From Naegleria gruberi (lineage: Eukaryota), in NCBI GenBank assembly GCA_000004985.1, contig GG739287.1: 2,140 nt of DNA; one strand, 5' to 3'. Below the pieces are notes generated by a model. It made no database searches. It had not been told where the DNA came from and saw only the letters and a program-made list of their open reading frames with translations. Positions 1 through 2,140 of this stretch are shown piece by piece. Each line of letters starts with the position of its first letter. Position 1 is the stretch's first letter. A program made the translations under genes and the position numbers.

Positions 1-34
1 TACATGTAAACTCGTATTTCAAATCATGATGATT

Positions 35-59
35 GTACATGTCTACATGTCTACATGAA
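35..59. repeat. Short tandem repeat, (TACATGTC) x about 2.9, built from palindromic ACATGT cores. A further palindromic copy, TACATGTA, lies at 1-8.
   Basis: The sequence is tgTACATGTCTACATGTCTACATGAag. ACATGT is self-complementary, and cores occur at 2-7, 38-43 and 46-51, with ACATGA at 54-59. An additional palindromic ATCATGAT lies at 23-30 and a near copy ATCATGA at 142-148. Confidence 0.5.
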
Positions 60-223
60 GTGGTAATTTTTTAGTCAGTTATCAATTTGGTGATTACACA
101 AGTTTCAATGAGTTCCCATTCAATGGATTGAAGCTGATGTGATCATGACGGTTAAAAGAGAATATTGTAAACTAAATATCCTCCCTCTTACAATAATCCT
201 ATTTTTGCTGTATCCTATTCAAT

Positions 224-269
224 AGTAAGATGCATTCGAAGAAACTGAGGTGTTACCATTCATCTTACT
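224..269. repeat. Perfect 9-bp inverted repeat (AGTAAGATG ... CATCTTACT) with a 28-nt spacer, in the ORF1 upstream region.
   Basis: Bases 224-232 (agtaagatg) are the exact reverse complement of 261-269 (catcttact). This lies about 210-250 nt upstream of the ORF1 ATG. It could be a protein-binding dyad or a cruciform/hairpin element. Confidence 0.45.
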
Positions 270-381
270 GACTTCTCAATAAGGTTGTTCCACAAATGTT
301 CAACCAATTCAATTCTCAGAAAACCATTGAACTCTATTAAACTCCATTGTAACTGTTGTAATCTTATTCTTTAAAAATTGC

Positions 382-388
382 TATAAAT
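382..388 (+). promoter_or_regulatory. TATA-box-like element (TATAAAT), about 90 nt upstream of the ORF1 ATG. An A-rich, G-poor leader follows at 400-474.
   Basis: I see 'ctataaattc' at 381-390. This sits in the typical yeast TATA-to-ATG distance window (40-120 nt). The stretch between the TATA and the ATG is almost pure A/T/C, like leaders of highly expressed yeast genes. I cannot see a transcription start site from sequence alone. Confidence 0.35.
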
Positions 389-474
389 TCAAATTATCAT
401 TCATTTAATCATTAAACAAATCAAAAAACAAATTCAATAGCTGAATAACTCAAAAACTATTAAAATCTTAAGAA

Positions 475-729
475 ATGACTGAACAAACTCACGAAGAATT
501 ATTCAACCAAAACATGTGTGGAAGTGGTTTGGCATTCAAGAAGGTAGTTCGTGAATTATTCAACAATCGAATTGTTCCTGCTACTAAGAATCTTCAACAA
601 GTCAATCCAAAGATGATCATCTTGTTGGATTGGGCTTCTCTTGCTGCATTTCCAACTGAAACCAAGTACAAGTATGGTGATAGATTTGCTGAAGATACCT
701 TGTTGAATAATTGTATCAAAAATTCTTAA
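475..729 (+). CDS. Small protein-coding ORF of 84 aa with unknown function. It is the first of three tandem same-strand ORFs and looks globular, with no low-complexity stretch.
   Basis: The ATG at 475 is the first in-frame start after an in-frame TAA at 469-471. A sits at -3 (aagaaATGa). The TAA stop is at 727-729. Codon usage is strongly biased (TTG, GCT, TCT, GGT, AAG, GAT, CCA, ACT), typical of expressed yeast genes. The antisense ORF 556-741 lacks this bias. I could not assign the protein (MTEQTHEELFNQNMCGSGLAFKKVV...) to any family by eye. Confidence 0.6.
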   Translation: MTEQTHEELFNQNMCGSGLAFKKVVRELFNNRIVPATKNLQQVNPKMIILLDWASLAAFPTETKYKYGDRFAEDTLLNNCIKNS

Positions 730-752
730 CCGAATGTCCAAGATTGAGCAAT

Positions 753-1013
753 ATGGGTGAAATTGGAAAGGTTTTCATCAAGGATCCTGATTGTAAGGAT
801 GCTTTCATGGGATTGGAAAAGTTGATTTTCAGAGTTGTTCACAATGCTGATAGTAAGGATTCTTCTGGTTTCCTTGGCTATTCTTACAAGGTTAATGGTT
901 CTGATTTGGTTGTCACTTTGGAATGCAATTTGACTCTTGTTATGAAGGTTGCCAATGAAAGACAAAGTCCATCTGCTGATTCTGAAGCTAAAAAGTTGAT
1001 TAATGCTTTCTAA
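753..1013 (+). CDS. Small protein-coding ORF of 86 aa from the first ATG, with unknown function. The frame is open from 711, but the TTG 'start' in the ORF track is not credible in a eukaryotic context.
   Basis: Frame 0 is open from 711 (after a TAA at 708-710) to the TAA at 1011-1013. The first in-frame ATG is at 753, with A at -3 (gcaatATGg). It shows the same codon bias as ORF1 (GGT, GCT, TCT, TTG, AAG, GTT). The protein is MGEIGKVFIKDPDCKDAFMGLEKLIFRVVHNADSKDSSGFLGYSYKVNGSDLVVTLECNLTLVMKVANERQSPSADSEAKKLINAF. Its alternation of hydrophobic strands suggests a small alpha/beta domain, but I cannot assign a family. The ORF may instead be the C-terminal part of a single ORF1+ORF2 protein (see findings). 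Confidence 0.55.
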   Translation: MGEIGKVFIKDPDCKDAFMGLEKLIFRVVHNADSKDSSGFLGYSYKVNGSDLVVTLECNLTLVMKVANERQSPSADSEAKKLINAF

Positions 1014-1024
1014 TGATTTTTTAA

Positions 1025-1504
1025 ATGGCATTACTTAATGAATCAATATTGATATCAATAAAAACAAGCTTCTTTGTTGAATTTGAAACTCAACCAAAAC
1101 AATCATTCTTCCCACAAGTTTCTGCCACTGCACAAACAAAACCAAAAGTGAGAAGAATTGAAATTAATCTTGCTGATCTTTTGGGAATTCCAACAAGTAA
1201 TGAAGCTCAACAACAACCAAAGAAAGAAGAACCAAAGAAAGAAAAGAAAGAAACTACTTCTACACCTCAATCATTCAGAGAATTATTACTTCAAAGAATG
1301 AAGGAAATGAGAGAAGAACAAAAGAGTCAACCATCACAAACTCAAGAAAAGAAACAAGAAGAGAAACCAATTGAAACTTCTCCAAGTGCAGCTGTTGCTT
1401 CTCAGCCGAAAGGAGAAGAATCAATTCAACAACAAGTGAAGGAACAAGAAATTGTTGCCGAAAATACTCCAAATATGACCAGATACAAGACTGCACAAGT
1501 GTAA
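1025..1504 (+). CDS. ORF of 159 aa encoding a Lys/Glu/Gln-rich, low-complexity and probably intrinsically disordered protein. The N-terminus has a short hydrophobic segment. Function is unknown.
   Basis: ATG at 1025-1027 follows an in-frame TAA at 1022-1024, with A at -3 (ttaaATGg). The TAA stop is at 1502-1504. There is a clear 3-nt periodicity of cca/caa/aag/gaa/aga codons. Repeated charged motifs include KKEEPKKEKKE, EEQKSQPSQTQEKKQEEK and QQQVKEQE. The antisense ORF 1275-1496 has no comparable bias. The composition resembles nucleolar or ribosome-associated K/E-rich proteins, but I cannot make a specific assignment. Confidence 0.55.
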   Translation: MALLNESILISIKTSFFVEFETQPKQSFFPQVSATAQTKPKVRRIEINLADLLGIPTSNEAQQQPKKEEPKKEKKETTSTPQSFRELLLQRMKEMREEQKSQPSQTQEKKQEEKPIETSPSAAVASQPKGEESIQQQVKEQEIVAENTPNMTRYKTAQV

Positions 1505-1561
1505 AATCTGCAACAAAAGACTACAGCACCACAGGTTCCCAAGTTGTCTCCAACCTCAGTA

Positions 1562-1600
1562 CTGTATGCTCCATATATGTTGTTTTAAAAATAGACTGGT
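1562..1600 (+). terminator. Probable mRNA 3'-end formation signals for the 475-1504 transcription unit.
   Basis: I see actGTATGCtccaTATATGttgttttaaaaatag, 60-95 nt after the ORF3 stop. TATATA/TATGTA-type efficiency elements followed by A-rich positioning-like sequence are the established yeast polyadenylation signal architecture. There is no rho-independent hairpin with a U-tract, which is consistent with a eukaryotic origin. Confidence 0.3.
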
Positions 1601-1623
1601 CAGCTATATTGTTGAAGTCTTAA

Positions 1624-1637
1624 TTTCAATATTGAAA
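1624..1637. repeat. Perfect 14-bp palindrome TTTCAATATTGAAA in the 3' intergenic region.
   Basis: The sequence 1624-1637 is its own reverse complement. It lies about 120 nt downstream of the ORF3 stop, just past the putative 3'-end signals. Confidence 0.45.
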
Positions 1638-1887
1638 CTGTTGATTAATTTAGAAACCAATAAAACCACAATAACAAATACAATTTCTCTTTTCTCCTTT
1701 CCAAAACTATATTTTAGAGCTAATTATATTGAGAATTACAAATAGTTACCATTTAATGGAACAACAGACCACTAAGTCAGTGAATCTCCCTAAGTAACTG
1801 GAAGATCCACTTACTACTGGTAAAGTAGTTGGGAATCGAGAGAGGATTTCTTAAAAAAGAAGTCAGCTCTCAACATATCCCGATAAG

Positions 1888-1900
1888 ATGAACTGTATGT
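1888..1900 (+). other. Candidate start codon immediately followed by a consensus yeast 5' splice site (ATGAACT|GTATGT). This may be the beginning of a downstream intron-containing gene.
   Basis: I see gataagATGaactGTATGTaattc, with A at -3 of the ATG. GTATGT is the canonical budding-yeast 5' splice site. No ORF of 60 aa or more follows in the window. The only branch-point-like sequence in the window is a degenerate TATTAAC at 2095-2101 followed by CAG at 2103-2105. Splicing at that site gives an immediate stop, so exon 2 probably lies beyond the window, if the call is real at all. Confidence 0.2.
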
Positions 1901-2140
1901 AATTCTTTTGCATATTTTGATAAGGAAAGTAAAATTGTCTGACGTAATTTGGACGAAACCTGCAATTTTGAAATTCTTCAATAAGATTCCAATTCAAGAG
2001 CTGCCACAAAATGATCCACAACCTGTTGAAAAATAAATTTCTCGTTTTAAAATCAAATAAAAATTAAGAGCTATTCAAATTTATTATCATATTTTATTAA
2101 CACAGCTAATAATGATAAAGGTTGTTAATAAAATTAGCTT

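Larger units (their letters stand above)
475..1013 (+). pseudogene. Alternative reading of ORF1+ORF2. This would be a single gene of about 179 codons interrupted by a 1-nt frameshift in the A5 tract at 718-722. The interruption could be a pseudogene, a strain allele or a homopolymer sequencing error.
   Basis: ORF2's frame opens at 711 and ORF1's frame closes at 729, so the two frames overlap across 711-726. Inserting one A into aaaaa (718-722) gives the continuous reading ...NNCIKKFLTECPRLSNMGEIG.... Both halves share identical codon bias. The 23-nt spacer is far too short for two independent yeast promoter/terminator units. Confidence 0.3.

Noticed and set aside
18-150. Box C/D snoRNA, with ATGATGA at 26-32 and CTGA at 134-137
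   Set aside because: The flanks do not form the required terminal stem, and there are no convincing C' and D' boxes. The TGATGA is better explained as part of the palindromic ATCATGAT motif.
556-741. Minus-strand ORF of 61 aa
   Set aside because: It lies entirely antisense to ORF1 and ORF2. Its codon usage lacks the strong bias seen on the + strand and its sequence looks random and Ile/Leu/Ser-rich. It is a typical shadow ORF.
700-750. Short spliceosomal intron joining ORF1 and ORF2
   Set aside because: There is no GTATGT or GTAAGT donor. Candidate GT...AG pairs give lengths of 30-47 nt with the wrong phase, or rely on non-consensus donors such as GTTGAA. There is no TACTAAC-like branch point. 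Known yeast introns are much longer.
711-752. TTG start for ORF2 at 711, as given in the ORF track
   Set aside because: The track evidently allows bacterial alternative starts. The context here is eukaryotic, and the first ATG in that frame is at 753 with A at -3. Codons 711-752 matter only under the fusion or frameshift reading with ORF1.
726-1031. Minus-strand ORF of 101 aa
   Set aside because: It lies antisense across the whole of ORF2. It shows no codon bias or periodicity comparable to the + strand. The + strand ORF has a good start context and yeast-preferred codons. I treat it as a shadow ORF.
1275-1496. Minus-strand ORF of 73 aa
   Set aside because: It is antisense to the K/E-rich part of ORF3. 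Complementing GAA/AAG-rich sequence yields a Leu/Phe-rich antisense frame as an automatic artefact. There is no independent support.
475-1504. Bacterial or phage operon of three translationally coupled genes
   Set aside because: There are no Shine-Dalgarno motifs upstream of any of the three starts. Codon usage (TTG, AGA, AAG, CCA, GGT) is unlike AT-rich bacteria, which favour TTA, AAA and ATA. TATA-box and yeast-style 3'-end elements are present, and there is no intrinsic terminator hairpin.
1505-2140. tRNA or other structured RNA gene in the 3' intergenic region
   Set aside because: There is no GTTCRANYC T-loop or matching acceptor-stem complementarity on either strand. Only short hairpins are present, such as ACTAC...GTAGT at about 1812-1830.
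1888-2140. Complete intron (GTATGT 1895 ... TATTAAC 2095 ... CAG 2105) with in-window exon 2
   Set aside because: Splicing 1894 to 2106 gives ATG AAC TCT AAT AAT GAT AAA GGT TGT TAA, an 9-aa peptide. The branch site is also non-consensus. If there is a gene, its exon 2 lies outside the window.

Overview
This 2140-bp window is AT-rich and looks eukaryotic rather than bacterial. The coding bias is yeast-like: TTG/TTA/CTT for Leu with no CTG, AGA for Arg, CAA, GAA, CCA, GCT, TCT, GGT. There is a TATAAAT box about 90 nt upstream of the first ATG, and the 5' leader is A-rich and G-poor. Every proposed start has A at -3 and none has a Shine-Dalgarno motif. TATATG and A-rich 3'-end signals follow the last stop codon. 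The centre of the window (475-1504, + strand) holds three small ORFs with the same strong codon bias. They are packed head-to-tail in successive -1 frames (frame 1, then 0, then 2) with spacers of only 23 nt and 11 nt. Such tight packing is very unusual for monocistronic yeast-type genes. The ORF1/ORF2 boundary falls on an A5 homopolymer, and adding one A (or a -1 ribosomal slip at C-AAA-AAU) fuses them into a single ORF of about 179 codons. ORF2 and ORF3 are separated by stop codons in all three frames, so no single indel can fuse them. ORF3 encodes a Lys/Glu/Gln-rich, probably disordered protein. I could not assign any of the three products to a known family from sequence alone. The 474-nt upstream and 636-nt downstream regions have no ORF of 60 aa or more on either strand, by the supplied track. 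They carry a clustered palindromic ACATGT/CATG motif array (1-59), a 9-bp inverted repeat (224-269), and a 14-bp perfect palindrome (1624-1637). An ATG immediately followed by a consensus yeast 5' splice site GTATGT at 1888-1900 may mark the start of a downstream intron-containing gene. I found no tRNA, rRNA, CRISPR array or recognisable mobile element. The three antisense ORFs in the track look like shadows of the + strand genes.
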